IMG/VR virus record: IMGVR_UViG_3300010356_000998
Location: 32,001 to 96,000 of that record
Origin: a virus
Taxonomy: Duplodnaviria > Caudoviricetes
Length of the DNA: 64,000 bases
Direction: 5' to 3' (one strand)
Within the stretch, counting starts at the first letter, position 1; each line of letters begins with the position of its first letter. Below are positions 45,727 to 56,152 of the stretch, piece after piece. The notes below the pieces were generated by a model. That model had not been told where the DNA came from, ran no database searches, and saw only the letters and a list, made by a program, of their open reading frames with translations. The translations under genes were made by a program, and so were the position numbers.

Positions 45727-47158
45727 TGACAGTTTACAAAATGTTATCGAAGGATTAAATACAGCAGCTGATATAATCATATCTACGATGGGAGGTTCTG
45801 GACAAAATGTTATAATAAGTAAACCAGATATGGAATCTCCAGAAAATTCAATAAACTTTACTAAAGATGGTGTATCCGTAGCAAAAAGTATAAAATTAAA
45901 AGATCCTGTAAAAAATATAGGGGCTTCTTTATTAATTAATGCAGCTGATAAAACAGTTAAAGAATGTGGTGATGGTACTACATCTACTGCATTGTTTATT
46001 AAAACATTATTAAATTCTAATCATGTTTCTTTAATTCAGGATAAGAATGAATTTATTGATGATTTAGAATTATTTTTAGAACAATTGGAAAGTATTTTAA
46101 AAGAACAATCTAAGAAAGTAGAGTCTATTGATGATATTTATAAGATTGCTATAACTTCATGCAAGTCTCCTAAAATAGCAAATTTAATAAAAGAGATTTA
46201 TATTAAAACAGGATTTAATGCAGATATTGCTTTAGAATTATCTAGAACTTCAGATACTACTTATTATGAATTAATTGAAGGATTGAGTTTTGAATCTGGT
46301 ATGGTTAGTACACTGTTTGCAAATCAAGATAATAATACTTGTATTTTAGAAAATGCAATTGTATTAATTGAAAAAGAATTAATTAACTCAGCACAACCAT
46401 TTCATGAAATTTTAGATGAATGTTTAGCTCAAGATAAAGCTATATTAATTATGGCTCCTCAGTTTGGGGATGCTTTTGTAAGATTTGCTGTACATAATAA
46501 AATTCAAAAAGGTTTAAAAATATGTTTAGTTAATATTCCTGGATATGGTGTTTTTCAAAAAGAAAATATTAAAGATATATTAACGTTTACTACAGATAAT
46601 GAAGTAAATAAAGTTGTAATTACTCAACAAAATTTTACATTATATAATAAACCGTATTCTGATAAAATTAACAAACGAGTTGCTCAATTACAAAAACTTG
46701 CGGACAATGCTGTTGAAGATTATGAAGAACAAGATTTTAAAAATAGAATAACTAGACTTCAACAGACGGGTGCTGTAATTTATGTAGGCGGTGTTACAGA
46801 AAAAAATGCAAAAGAAGAATTTGATAGAATTGAAGATGCGTTAGGTGCTGTAAAATCTGCGTTACGTTTAGGTTATGTTAGAGGAGCTGGTGTGGAACTA
46901 ATTCAAATAATTCCTTTATTTAAAAATAGTAGAATATTTCCTTTAATAAAAGAATTATTATCAAAACCACATAAGCAAATTTTACAAAATGCTAATATAA
47001 CACGAGAAGTAAAAACGGACATTCCGTTTAATGTAAGAACTAAGACTTATGATGAAACTATTATTGATCCTACAGATGTGATATTAAATTCACTAAAGAA
47101 TTCAGTATCATTATTTAAACTTTTAATTAACACATCTTTTATTATTCATAATGAATAA
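45701..47158 (+). CDS. groEL: Phage GroEL-like chaperonin
   Basis: TKDGVSVA, GDGTTS, IYVGG..E, DRIEDA..A..SA, G.V.GAG, IIDP motifs. Confidence 0.88.
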   Translation: MQHKTQIIDDSLQNVIEGLNTAADIIISTMGGSGQNVIISKPDMESPENSINFTKDGVSVAKSIKLKDPVKNIGASLLINAADKTVKECGDGTTSTALFIKTLLNSNHVSLIQDKNEFIDDLELFLEQLESILKEQSKKVESIDDIYKIAITSCKSPKIANLIKEIYIKTGFNADIALELSRTSDTTYYELIEGLSFESGMVSTLFANQDNNTCILENAIVLIEKELINSAQPFHEILDECLAQDKAILIMAPQFGDAFVRFAVHNKIQKGLKICLVNIPGYGVFQKENIKDILTFTTDNEVNKVVITQQNFTLYNKPYSDKINKRVAQLQKLADNAVEDYEEQDFKNRITRLQQTGAVIYVGGVTEKNAKEEFDRIEDALGAVKSALRLGYVRGAGVELIQIIPLFKNSRIFPLIKELLSKPHKQILQNANITREVKTDIPFNVRTKTYDETIIDPTDVILNSLKNSVSLFKLLINTSFIIHNE

Positions 47159-49748
47159 ACAAGAAATAAAAAGTCCAGTTTTTTCGTTAAAAGTGTCGGA
47201 AAAACATAAACACGAAAATGACAATCAATGGTATAAGGATTACATGAATTATGTAATACCTTCAGAAGCATCTTCTGTTGAAGATTATGATATGATGTTA
47301 AATTGTTATAAAATTGCAAATAATGATTTATCTGGTTTTAAAGATAAGATCAAAGAATTTTGTAATCCTCTTGGTGAAGACGTTGGTCAAATAAATGAAG
47401 AACTAGTTCCTTATCCAGAATTATATAATAAGATATCTGCATTAAAAGGAGAAATGTTAAAAAGAGGTGATGATTTTAGAATTGTATTATTAACTGCAAA
47501 AGCTATACAAGATAAAAATGAAGCATTGTTTCAAAAAATAAAAATGTCAGTAGACGAAAAATTAGCAATTTTTCTGGAAAAACAAAAAGCTCAAATGCAG
47601 CAAATGAAACCAGAAGAAGCTGAAGAATATATAAAGTCTATAAGAACTCAATTAGAACCTGAAGATTTGTTAGCAAAAACATGGCAATCTGAACAAGAGA
47701 TATTTGCAGACAAAGCTATAAAGTATTGTTATTACGATCAAGATATTAAAACTAAAAAATTAGAGACATTTGAAGATGTTATTAATGTTGATAGATGTTT
47801 TATATTTTCTGGATGGAGATTTGGTAAACCAATTTTACAAATAAGAAACCCTTTGTTTTCTATTTATCACAAAGCTCCTAATGAAAGATATATTCACAAA
47901 GGTGATTATTTTGCTTACAAGCAAGCAATTACTCCTGCAGATGTATTTAATAATTATGATTTAACTGATGATGAAATTCAAAAACTAGGTTTGAATACAT
48001 ATAGTGCTACAGTTGCTGATAAAAGACATGCATTAGGTAAAAATTCAAAACCAATTTTTGATAAGACTAATCAAGAATTAATGATGGCGGCTGATAAGAC
48101 TTTAGTTCATGATAAAATGAAAGGGTTACATCAAACTTCTGCCAGAACATTACATAGACAATCTGATTTAATTTGGGAAACTCATTTTGAATTTAAGGCA
48201 TATAAGGAATTAATATTTCTATCTTATATTGATGAATATAACAAAGAAGTTGTAACAATAATGCCTTCTTCATTTTCTGATCAAATTCCAGATACAGCTG
48301 TTAAAGAATCTTTTATTAATAGGTATGGTCAAAAATCTACAAGATATGTTTGGGTTGATGAACTTACCGGTACTGAATATAAAACAGAAAATATATGGAT
48401 ACCTAGAAAATATGAAATTGTTAGATTAGGTAATAATGTATATCCTATTTGTAGAGAAGTACCTAATCAACATACAAATATAGATGATCCTTTTGGTTCA
48501 TTTGAACTTTCTACAAAAAGGATATTATTTTCAGCTCGTAATGCAAAATCAGTATCTTTACTTCAAAGAGCTTTACCTTATTACTTTCAATATATTTTTA
48601 TAAAACATATTCAAAATAAAGAACTATCTAAATACATAGGTTCTAATTTAGATATGGATGTTGATCAGATACCTGATGATTTAGGTAAAGATTTTATGGG
48701 TAATGATATTAGAGATAAATTCTTAACTTGGTTTTTATATTTAAAGAAAACTGGTATTAATTTTTATTCAGGTAGTCAAACTTCTTTAGGTGGATTACCC
48801 CCTGCAACAAGATCTCCTGGATCTAAAGGTATCACATTTGATAATGCTATGAATATTTATAATCTACAACAACTTGTAGAACTTATAAAAAGAGAAATAG
48901 GCATGTCAATGGGGATTTCTCCACAGAGAGAATCTATGTTTGCACAAAATTCAAATGTAACAGATAATCAACAAGCAATTACTCAATCTTATAATATTAC
49001 AGAACCTTATTATTATTTACATAATGAACTTTGGAAAGCTGCTATAAATGATTGGTTGACTAACTTTATAACATATTGTAGAAATATATTTTTAGCAAAT
49101 CCTCAACTTAAAGAACATACGTTACATTATGTAATGCCTAATGGTATGGAGGATTTACTTAGAGTTACTCCTGAAACATTAAACCACATGTCAATTGGAT
49201 TATATGTTTCAAACTCTGGACAAAATCAAAAATATATTGATACAATGTTTAATTATGGTTTGTCATTTGCTCAGAATGGTGGACAAGGTATGGAATCAAT
49301 GTCTACATTAATTATGGCATTGGTTTCAGGAGCGTCTCCTCAAGAAATACACAAGTTAATTTTAATTGAACAAGATAAACAAGCTAAAAGACAAGAGCAA
49401 CTTGAAAAAATGAGATTAGAATCTCAAGAAAAACAAGTCAAATTGCAAGTTGAATCCAGAGAAGATGTACAAGCTCACGAAATAGAAAAGATTGTTGTAA
49501 AAGCTGTAGAAGATAGAAAGACAGCTCTTCTAGTTAATCAATCACAGGTTGAAGAAGATGTTGATAACGATGGTGATGTAGATATGGTAGATATTGCAAA
49601 ATTGAATATTGAACGAGAAAAGTTAAATCTTTCCAAAAGAGAGCAGGTTAGAAAAGAAAAGTTAGATGAAACTAATAAAGAACTTGCCGAAGAAAAATTA
49701 AAAATAGATCGTAAAAAAGCAAGTCAACCAAAAACAGCAAAAAAATAA
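47151..49748 (+). CDS. Portal protein (crAss-like)
   Basis: 865 aa; YP....KI..LKGE..KR, GISPQR, coiled-coil C-terminus; position after terminase. Confidence 0.8.
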   Translation: MNKQEIKSPVFSLKVSEKHKHENDNQWYKDYMNYVIPSEASSVEDYDMMLNCYKIANNDLSGFKDKIKEFCNPLGEDVGQINEELVPYPELYNKISALKGEMLKRGDDFRIVLLTAKAIQDKNEALFQKIKMSVDEKLAIFLEKQKAQMQQMKPEEAEEYIKSIRTQLEPEDLLAKTWQSEQEIFADKAIKYCYYDQDIKTKKLETFEDVINVDRCFIFSGWRFGKPILQIRNPLFSIYHKAPNERYIHKGDYFAYKQAITPADVFNNYDLTDDEIQKLGLNTYSATVADKRHALGKNSKPIFDKTNQELMMAADKTLVHDKMKGLHQTSARTLHRQSDLIWETHFEFKAYKELIFLSYIDEYNKEVVTIMPSSFSDQIPDTAVKESFINRYGQKSTRYVWVDELTGTEYKTENIWIPRKYEIVRLGNNVYPICREVPNQHTNIDDPFGSFELSTKRILFSARNAKSVSLLQRALPYYFQYIFIKHIQNKELSKYIGSNLDMDVDQIPDDLGKDFMGNDIRDKFLTWFLYLKKTGINFYSGSQTSLGGLPPATRSPGSKGITFDNAMNIYNLQQLVELIKREIGMSMGISPQRESMFAQNSNVTDNQQAITQSYNITEPYYYLHNELWKAAINDWLTNFITYCRNIFLANPQLKEHTLHYVMPNGMEDLLRVTPETLNHMSIGLYVSNSGQNQKYIDTMFNYGLSFAQNGGQGMESMSTLIMALVSGASPQEIHKLILIEQDKQAKRQEQLEKMRLESQEKQVKLQVESREDVQAHEIEKIVVKAVEDRKTALLVNQSQVEEDVDNDGDVDMVDIAKLNIEREKLNLSKREQVRKEKLDETNKELAEEKLKIDRKKASQPKTAKK

Positions 49749-49834
49749 TTTTGCATAAAATATTATAAAATGATGCAATTTACATTAAATTGTATAATTA
49801 AAAATAAAATAAATAAAAAACCTACGTAATTTTG
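49749..49834 (+). promoter_or_regulatory. Second copy of the promoter cassette, before scaffold and capsid genes
   Basis: TTTTGCATAAAATATTATAAAATGATGCAATTTACA, then TAATTTTG at 49827. Confidence 0.6.
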
Positions 49835-49835
49835 T

Positions 49836-50819
49836 ATGGAAAATAACACAATTCCAGAATTTGATTTAGAGCTTGATGATAAGATAGTAATTGATCTTCC
49901 TTTAGAAGACGATGATAATATAGCTAATGATTCTAAAGATACATCTGAAATAGATACTGGTTCTGAAGAAACTTCTCAAACAGTAGAGCAAAGTGAAACA
50001 GCTAAAATAATTTTTGAACAATTAGTAGAAGAAAATATATTATCTGAAGATTCAGAGTTTGATGGTAGCTGGGAAGGTTTGCGAAAAAATGTATCAGAAC
50101 TTCCTCAAAGAATTTTAAACTCCTTAGTAGAAACTAGAAACGATGTTAGTAAAGATGTACTTCGTTATATATTTACATCAGATAATATTACTAAAGATGA
50201 GATGTTAAATTTTATAAAAACTAATTTAGAAGAATCCGTTGAAACAGAATTGCAATTAGAAACAATGGATGATGCTAGAGAGTTTTTGGAAAATGTTTAT
50301 AAAAATAAAGGTTTGAAACCAAAAGCTATTGAAGCCACTTTAGCAGCTTTAGAAGAAGATGAGAGTTTACTTGAAGAAGCTAGAGAAGAATTAGAAAAGC
50401 AAAAATTAAACGCTAAACCAAAAACTGAAAAATTAATAGCTGAAAAAGAACAACAAGAGTATGAAGAAAAACAACGCAGAATTGAATATACAAACTCTGT
50501 TATATCAGCTTTAGAAGATACTGGTTGGAAAAAAACAAAAATTGATACTATTAAACAAAAAATAGCTAATAATGAAATTAATCCTACATTAGTAGAAATT
50601 TTTAGAAACCCTAAAGCATTAGTTAAAATGGTTGATTTTATAAGTTATTACAAAAATGGAGACATTGATTACGATAAGTTTATAAATACAATTGAAACAC
50701 CTAAAGCTAAAGATTTTAAAACAAGATTAGAAACATCTATTAGTTCACCAACTACTTCTAGTAGATCAAATTTAAAAAATCCTGAAGAGGAGCTTAATAA
50801 TTTAAAAGCAATAATTTAA
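49836..50819 (+). CDS. Acidic coiled-coil protein, probable scaffold
   Basis: D/E-rich; lies between portal and MCP. Confidence 0.6.
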   Translation: MENNTIPEFDLELDDKIVIDLPLEDDDNIANDSKDTSEIDTGSEETSQTVEQSETAKIIFEQLVEENILSEDSEFDGSWEGLRKNVSELPQRILNSLVETRNDVSKDVLRYIFTSDNITKDEMLNFIKTNLEESVETELQLETMDDAREFLENVYKNKGLKPKAIEATLAALEEDESLLEEAREELEKQKLNAKPKTEKLIAEKEQQEYEEKQRRIEYTNSVISALEDTGWKKTKIDTIKQKIANNEINPTLVEIFRNPKALVKMVDFISYYKNGDIDYDKFINTIETPKAKDFKTRLETSISSPTTSSRSNLKNPEEELNNLKAII

Positions 50820-50828
50820 TAAAATTTT

Positions 50829-52433
50829 ATGAGTAGAAAAACAGCATTACAAACTGTTGAACGTCATGCATGGGGTGGGTCATATTTTGATTCACTTACT
50901 CACGCTGCAATGTTCAAACGCTATCAACCATTTAACTTCGGTGTTCGTACATCTCAGTTATTTTCTTCTAAACTTGGTAGCCATTTAGTAAACAAAAAAT
51001 TTACTTACATGACATCTGCCAAAAAGAACGTTTATGTTCTTCCTGGTGGAACTGATGATTATCAGTGGTTCCTTATGGGTGACGCTGATGTAGATTTCCG
51101 TATTACGGAACTTTTAGTAGCTAGCGATGCTACTCCGGGTAAAGGTAATCTCCCATTTAAAATTGCTGCTGACCGTGATTGGCTTCATGAACCAGCTGTA
51201 ATTAAACTTGAAGGTTCTAACTTGCCTCTTTTAAGAATCATAGGTCATCCTGTACAACGTTCTGTAAACTCTTGGGAGTATGAAGTAGAACTGCAAACTG
51301 GTGATCCTAATGCATGGATTCCTGTTGAATATCTGATGCCTGGTCGTAGATTCATGCGTGTATCTACATTAGTATCTGATGAACTTAATACAAAATACGC
51401 TCCTGATCAGTATGGTGAGATGTTTAAACTTCAGTCTTGGGTAGCTAACTATGCTAATAAAGCTGAATTTACTGATAAATTCATTCGTACTGAAATAGCT
51501 TGTCGTAAAGAAGGAAGAGCTCTTCCAAGTAATGCAGGCTATTCTGTAGGTGGTGCAATGTATTCTGAAGGCGCTGTAAGTACGGGATATGTATATCAAC
51601 AAGAGTTCCAATCTAACGATAAAACCACTATTGAAAAAGGTGTGTTTATTTCTAAGATTGAAGCGCGCTTGCTTGATCGTACAGAAATGGACCGTGAGAT
51701 GGCTATGGAATTTGGTCAATTGCAAAAAACAGTAGATCGTGAATCCGGTAGAGTTATTAAAGCTGCTCCAGGATGGAGACAAATCGTTAGAGATGGTCAC
51801 TATAAAGAGCATAATGGTACATTGACTCTTAGTGAGATTTATGAATACTTGCAACAAATTTTCATTACTCGTAAATCATTTACTGATCGTCATATTATGA
51901 TTGCTTCTGGTGAAGCAGGTATCGAATTTTTGAGCAGACTTATTGCTTCTGAAGCTAGTCAGTTCCAATACATTGATACGTTGTTTACTACTAAGCGTAC
52001 TGATCCACAAGGTTACCACCCCAATGAGCTTGAATATGGTGCTCAGTTTACCAAAATCAAGATGACAAACGGTGTAATTGTAGAGATCGTATATGATCCA
52101 ATTAAAGATGATCGTAAACTTTTCCCTGAGTTAGCTCCTGGTACTAATCGTACTATTGAGTCTTATGCAATGGATATCTTTGACTTCGGTGTAACTGAAC
52201 AAAAAGCTAACGATGCTGCTCGTGATGAAAATATTACAATGGTTATGCAAGATGGTGTAGAGTCTTACTTTACTGTAAGTAACGTTTATGACTTTAATAC
52301 TGGAGCTATCAAGGATGGTAGCAACGCATACGCTAATAATAAAGAACTCGGTATTTACCGTGAATTGTCTGGTTCTCTTTGTGTTTGGGACGTAACTCGT
52401 GTCGGACGTATTGAATATGTACCTGTACAATAA
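50829..52433 (+). CDS. Major capsid protein (crAss-like)
   Basis: 534 aa; strongly biased codons (CGT, GCT, GGT); position; followed by a terminator. Confidence 0.8.
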   Translation: MSRKTALQTVERHAWGGSYFDSLTHAAMFKRYQPFNFGVRTSQLFSSKLGSHLVNKKFTYMTSAKKNVYVLPGGTDDYQWFLMGDADVDFRITELLVASDATPGKGNLPFKIAADRDWLHEPAVIKLEGSNLPLLRIIGHPVQRSVNSWEYEVELQTGDPNAWIPVEYLMPGRRFMRVSTLVSDELNTKYAPDQYGEMFKLQSWVANYANKAEFTDKFIRTEIACRKEGRALPSNAGYSVGGAMYSEGAVSTGYVYQQEFQSNDKTTIEKGVFISKIEARLLDRTEMDREMAMEFGQLQKTVDRESGRVIKAAPGWRQIVRDGHYKEHNGTLTLSEIYEYLQQIFITRKSFTDRHIMIASGEAGIEFLSRLIASEASQFQYIDTLFTTKRTDPQGYHPNELEYGAQFTKIKMTNGVIVEIVYDPIKDDRKLFPELAPGTNRTIESYAMDIFDFGVTEQKANDAARDENITMVMQDGVESYFTVSNVYDFNTGAIKDGSNAYANNKELGIYRELSGSLCVWDVTRVGRIEYVPVQ

Positions 52434-52447
52434 TAACTAATTTTAAT

Positions 52448-52487
52448 CCCGGTAGTCCCTGAAGAAATTCAAACTACCGGGTTTTTT
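52448..52487 (+). terminator. Terminator after MCP
   Basis: CCCGGTAGT/ACTACCGGG hairpin plus T6. Confidence 0.85.
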
Positions 52488-52489
52488 AA

Positions 52490-53647
52490 ATGCAAGAAAA
52501 GCAAACTGATATGAAAAATCAAAAAACAACCATCTACGTAAATCCGATTAATCGGATGTCTGCACAAGGTAGACACAAACAAAGTTTCACTATTCAACAA
52601 AAAACAGGTGAATTTGTACCCACAGTGGGTATGCAAAAAAATAAAGAATTTGGTGTTCCTTCAGAATATAGTTTTAGAGCTAATGTTTCTACAAATAAGT
52701 TAATTACAGGTTTAGATAAAATGGTACAAAATCCATATAAAGATCTTGAACCACATTTAATTGTAGAACAAAACGGTCTTTCTCAAGATTGGGTAAAACA
52801 TCTTGAATATATTGTAAAACAAGACCAAATAAAATTGCAAACTCAGTATGAGATTATAGATAATGTTCCCTATAATCATTATACTAATGAAATAACTGGA
52901 TCAATGTTTTCTTCAAACTGGAAAGCAAATCTAGAAAAACCAAGAAACTTTTTAGAAAGTTTTAAAATTATTTTATACGATAGACCTAATGAATTTTCTG
53001 ATGATACACCTAGAGGTAGGTTGTCAATTATGTTAATAAAAAATCATCCTAAGATTGCAGCAAATAAAACTATGGCTAATGCTGCTGTGCATGATTGGTA
53101 TATTTCAGAAGAGAATGAGGCGGCTATTGAAAAACTTAAAAAGAGAGATATTATAGAAGATGCTGTATGGAAATGGGGTAATCTTAAACAAAAAACTACG
53201 CCTTATATTGTATATCAAGTAGCTAGTCTTTTGAAAAATAATGATGGTAATCCTATTGTAAAAGGTAAAATGAATGATATAACAGTTAGAAATCAAATCT
53301 CAGATTTTATTAATGATTCTACAACTTATCAATTAGATAATATAGAAAAGTTCAATAAACTTTATAATATGGTTACCAGTGATAAAGAAAGTAGACAAAG
53401 ATTCGAGTCTATGTATCTTGTTCAGCAAGCTATTAATCTTAATATTATAGGTGTAAGAGATGGTTTTTATGTATGGCATTCTAAATCTTCTCAAGATAAT
53501 ATATATAAGCATACTACTTATGATGCTTTAGTAAGTACTATTCAAAGAGAATTTCTTAATTATAATCCAACTGAAACCGATATTTCTAACTGGTATAAAG
53601 ATCTTTTAGAAGAAGTTAAAAATAAAGGTGGTTGGGTTGAAAACTAA
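52490..53647 (+). CDS. Conserved structural-module protein
   Basis: 385-aa ORF after MCP. Confidence 0.6.
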   Translation: MQEKQTDMKNQKTTIYVNPINRMSAQGRHKQSFTIQQKTGEFVPTVGMQKNKEFGVPSEYSFRANVSTNKLITGLDKMVQNPYKDLEPHLIVEQNGLSQDWVKHLEYIVKQDQIKLQTQYEIIDNVPYNHYTNEITGSMFSSNWKANLEKPRNFLESFKIILYDRPNEFSDDTPRGRLSIMLIKNHPKIAANKTMANAAVHDWYISEENEAAIEKLKKRDIIEDAVWKWGNLKQKTTPYIVYQVASLLKNNDGNPIVKGKMNDITVRNQISDFINDSTTYQLDNIEKFNKLYNMVTSDKESRQRFESMYLVQQAINLNIIGVRDGFYVWHSKSSQDNIYKHTTYDALVSTIQREFLNYNPTETDISNWYKDLLEEVKNKGGWVEN

Positions 53648-53652
53648 AAACT

Positions 53653-54396
53653 ATGAATATTCAAAGAATGCATTCCGAAGTAAAACTTCGGTATAATAAA
53701 CTCAATTCAAATAACAAACCAGATTTACCTAAACAATTTATAGATGATTATTTAAATAATGCTCAAGATGAGTTTATAAGAATTTGTTATGCTGGTAATA
53801 ACACAAAGAAATTTAAAATAGGTTTTGAAGTAACTCAGCAAAGAATTGATTTATTATCGTCTATTGTAATCCCAGAAGAAACTGTTTCATCTGTTTCGTT
53901 ATTTAAACCAAATGTGTATAAAATAGAATTAAATGATCTAACACATCCATATAGACATTTAATTAGATTATATGCAAACACTTCTTGTGGAAAGATAGAA
54001 TGTATTCCTGTTAAACATGAAGATATTGATCCTTATTTAAGAAATGAAAACACAAAACCTTCAGCGATTTGGAGACGTTGTTTATATGTTGTAGCTAGTG
54101 ATGGCTCAAACAATCCTTGTTTGTATTTATATACAGGAGGAGAATTTACAATAACTAGTGTAACACTTAGTTATATTAAAGAACCTAAAAAAGTATTTTT
54201 TGGAGGGTATAACACTTTAGAGTTTATAAATGGTGATGCTACTGCTCCTAGTACAGTAACCCCTGCTATTAATACAGAGTTGCCACAAACTTCTCATGAT
54301 TTTATAGTAGATATTGCAGTACAACTTATTAGCCGTTCTTTAGAAGATATAAATCAGCTTCAAATAACTGAAGATAAAATTACAAGAACAATTTAA
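53653..54396 (+). CDS. Head-tail ring/adaptor protein (crAss-like)
   Basis: IDDYLNNAQ, GFE.TQQRIDLL, Y.K.P, TELP...H...VD.AV motifs. Confidence 0.7.
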   Translation: MNIQRMHSEVKLRYNKLNSNNKPDLPKQFIDDYLNNAQDEFIRICYAGNNTKKFKIGFEVTQQRIDLLSSIVIPEETVSSVSLFKPNVYKIELNDLTHPYRHLIRLYANTSCGKIECIPVKHEDIDPYLRNENTKPSAIWRRCLYVVASDGSNNPCLYLYTGGEFTITSVTLSYIKEPKKVFFGGYNTLEFINGDATAPSTVTPAINTELPQTSHDFIVDIAVQLISRSLEDINQLQITEDKITRTI

Positions 54397-54403
54397 TTTA
54401 ATT

Positions 54404-56089
54404 ATGTCAAAAAGAACAAACAAACTTTCAGTACCAGTTATTGAAGTAGCTACTGGTGATCAGGTGCTTGCTTCCGGTACTCTTACTAGTTCTACTAGTG
54501 ATTTAAACATTAACAACGGTCAAATTGGAGTATTATCTTGGGACTTTAATGGAACTAAACCATTGGGTACTTTTATAGATTCTACTGACAATGCTACCGA
54601 TGTAAGTGCTATTAAAATTCTTGTAGGCACTCCTAAATCTTCTGCATCTCATTTAGCTGATTTGTGGGAGGTTGGTGATAAAGCTTACGTAGAAAGCGGT
54701 GTTATTAGAGCCGGTCAAATTAGAAGCGTAGCTGTAGAAAAAGCTCGTTTTGCAAAATGGGGTGGTGTAGCCGCGACAAATTTCCCAACTCCAGCTGATG
54801 ATGTAGAATATAAAGCATATATTAGATTGCTTTCTGTTAGAAAAGATAGAGATTATGGTAAAAATAACGATGTGCTTTCTGTAGTAGTTCCCGCTACTGA
54901 TTTTACCGGTTTAGCTATTACTAGCCCTAAAGATTATGTTATCAAACAAATGGTTGATAAAATTAATCGTTATAGTGCTATAGTTAATCAAAACGGAAAT
55001 CAAGCTAAAGGTAATAAAGAAGTTGTAGCAATGGCTGTTAGATCTACTGGATTTACTGCTGGTGCTGCTACAGCTACTGTTAATGCTGGTGCAGTTACTG
55101 CAGTTACTGTGGGTACAGCTGGTACAGGTTATGAAGTAGCTCCTACTATTAGTTTTACTGGTGGTGGCGGAAATGGTGCAACAGCTGTAGCTACAATTAA
55201 CGCTGCTGGTGCTATTACTGCAATTACTGTAACTAACGGTGGTACTGGGTATGCTACAGCACCTACGGTTGTAATATCTGGTGGTGGTGTAACTACTATT
55301 GGTACAATTGCTGTAGGTACTTCTGTTCCATTCCAAACTATTAATGGTGTTACAACAAGTATCACTGCTGATGAAGCTTTCATCACTGCTCTAGCTGAAT
55401 TAGTTAATTCTAATGCAGATTTGACAGGAACATCTGTAATAGTAGTTACTAATGCTGCAACTGCTGGTCAAGGTACAAAATCTGACGGTCTTATTGTATT
55501 AGGTCTTCCTGCTACAGAAGCTGCTTATTTTGATAATATTGAACAAGTTCAAACAACTGCTGAAGTAAGTTTTGGTGGCGGATTTGAATCTGTTTCTACC
55601 AGACCTACAGTAACAAAAATGTGGGCTGAGGAAGGTACTGGTCAAGGATCTAAATGGATTATTAATTCATTTGACAGATATTTACTGACAGTACACACTA
55701 AACAAAATCATCCACACGGTGAATGGTTTAAAACAGGTAAAGATTATATTGATGCTGATAAATTGTATACCAGCTATTCTATCGATTTTTACGATACTGA
55801 AGATGCTTTGAATACACAAATCACATCTCCTAAAAATGTTACTATATTGTTTCCTTGCGAAAAAAGTTCTGCTTTTACCGTTAATGTAAATAATGTTGTA
55901 ACTAGGTTAGCTGCTGGAAACACTCCAATTACAATGCTTACAAGTGACGGCGCAGGCACAGGAACTGCTTCTGCAAATACTGTATCTGATGTTAATGATA
56001 TCTTGGATGCTTGGTTGGAATCTGCCAGAGCGATCAAACCTTTTGATTTAATTGGTGAGGCTGTTGTAGGTGGGCCTTACTTGTCTTAA
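54404..56089 (+). CDS. Abundant virion protein (auxiliary-capsid-like) with an inserted two-repeat beta domain
   Basis: Biased codons; followed by a terminator; AGTGY..APT/GGTGY..APT repeats. Confidence 0.6.
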   Translation: MSKRTNKLSVPVIEVATGDQVLASGTLTSSTSDLNINNGQIGVLSWDFNGTKPLGTFIDSTDNATDVSAIKILVGTPKSSASHLADLWEVGDKAYVESGVIRAGQIRSVAVEKARFAKWGGVAATNFPTPADDVEYKAYIRLLSVRKDRDYGKNNDVLSVVVPATDFTGLAITSPKDYVIKQMVDKINRYSAIVNQNGNQAKGNKEVVAMAVRSTGFTAGAATATVNAGAVTAVTVGTAGTGYEVAPTISFTGGGGNGATAVATINAAGAITAITVTNGGTGYATAPTVVISGGGVTTIGTIAVGTSVPFQTINGVTTSITADEAFITALAELVNSNADLTGTSVIVVTNAATAGQGTKSDGLIVLGLPATEAAYFDNIEQVQTTAEVSFGGGFESVSTRPTVTKMWAEEGTGQGSKWIINSFDRYLLTVHTKQNHPHGEWFKTGKDYIDADKLYTSYSIDFYDTEDALNTQITSPKNVTILFPCEKSSAFTVNVNNVVTRLAAGNTPITMLTSDGAGTGTASANTVSDVNDILDAWLESARAIKPFDLIGEAVVGGPYLS

Positions 56090-56105
56090 TTCCTTATTTT
56101 TTATT

Positions 56106-56141
56106 AGGGGGCTTATGTTGCATTACGTAAGTCCCCTTTTT
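56106..56141 (+). terminator. Terminator
   Basis: AGGGGGCTTA/TAAGTCCCCT hairpin plus a T-run. Confidence 0.8.
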
Positions 56142-56152
56142 CATTTATACCG

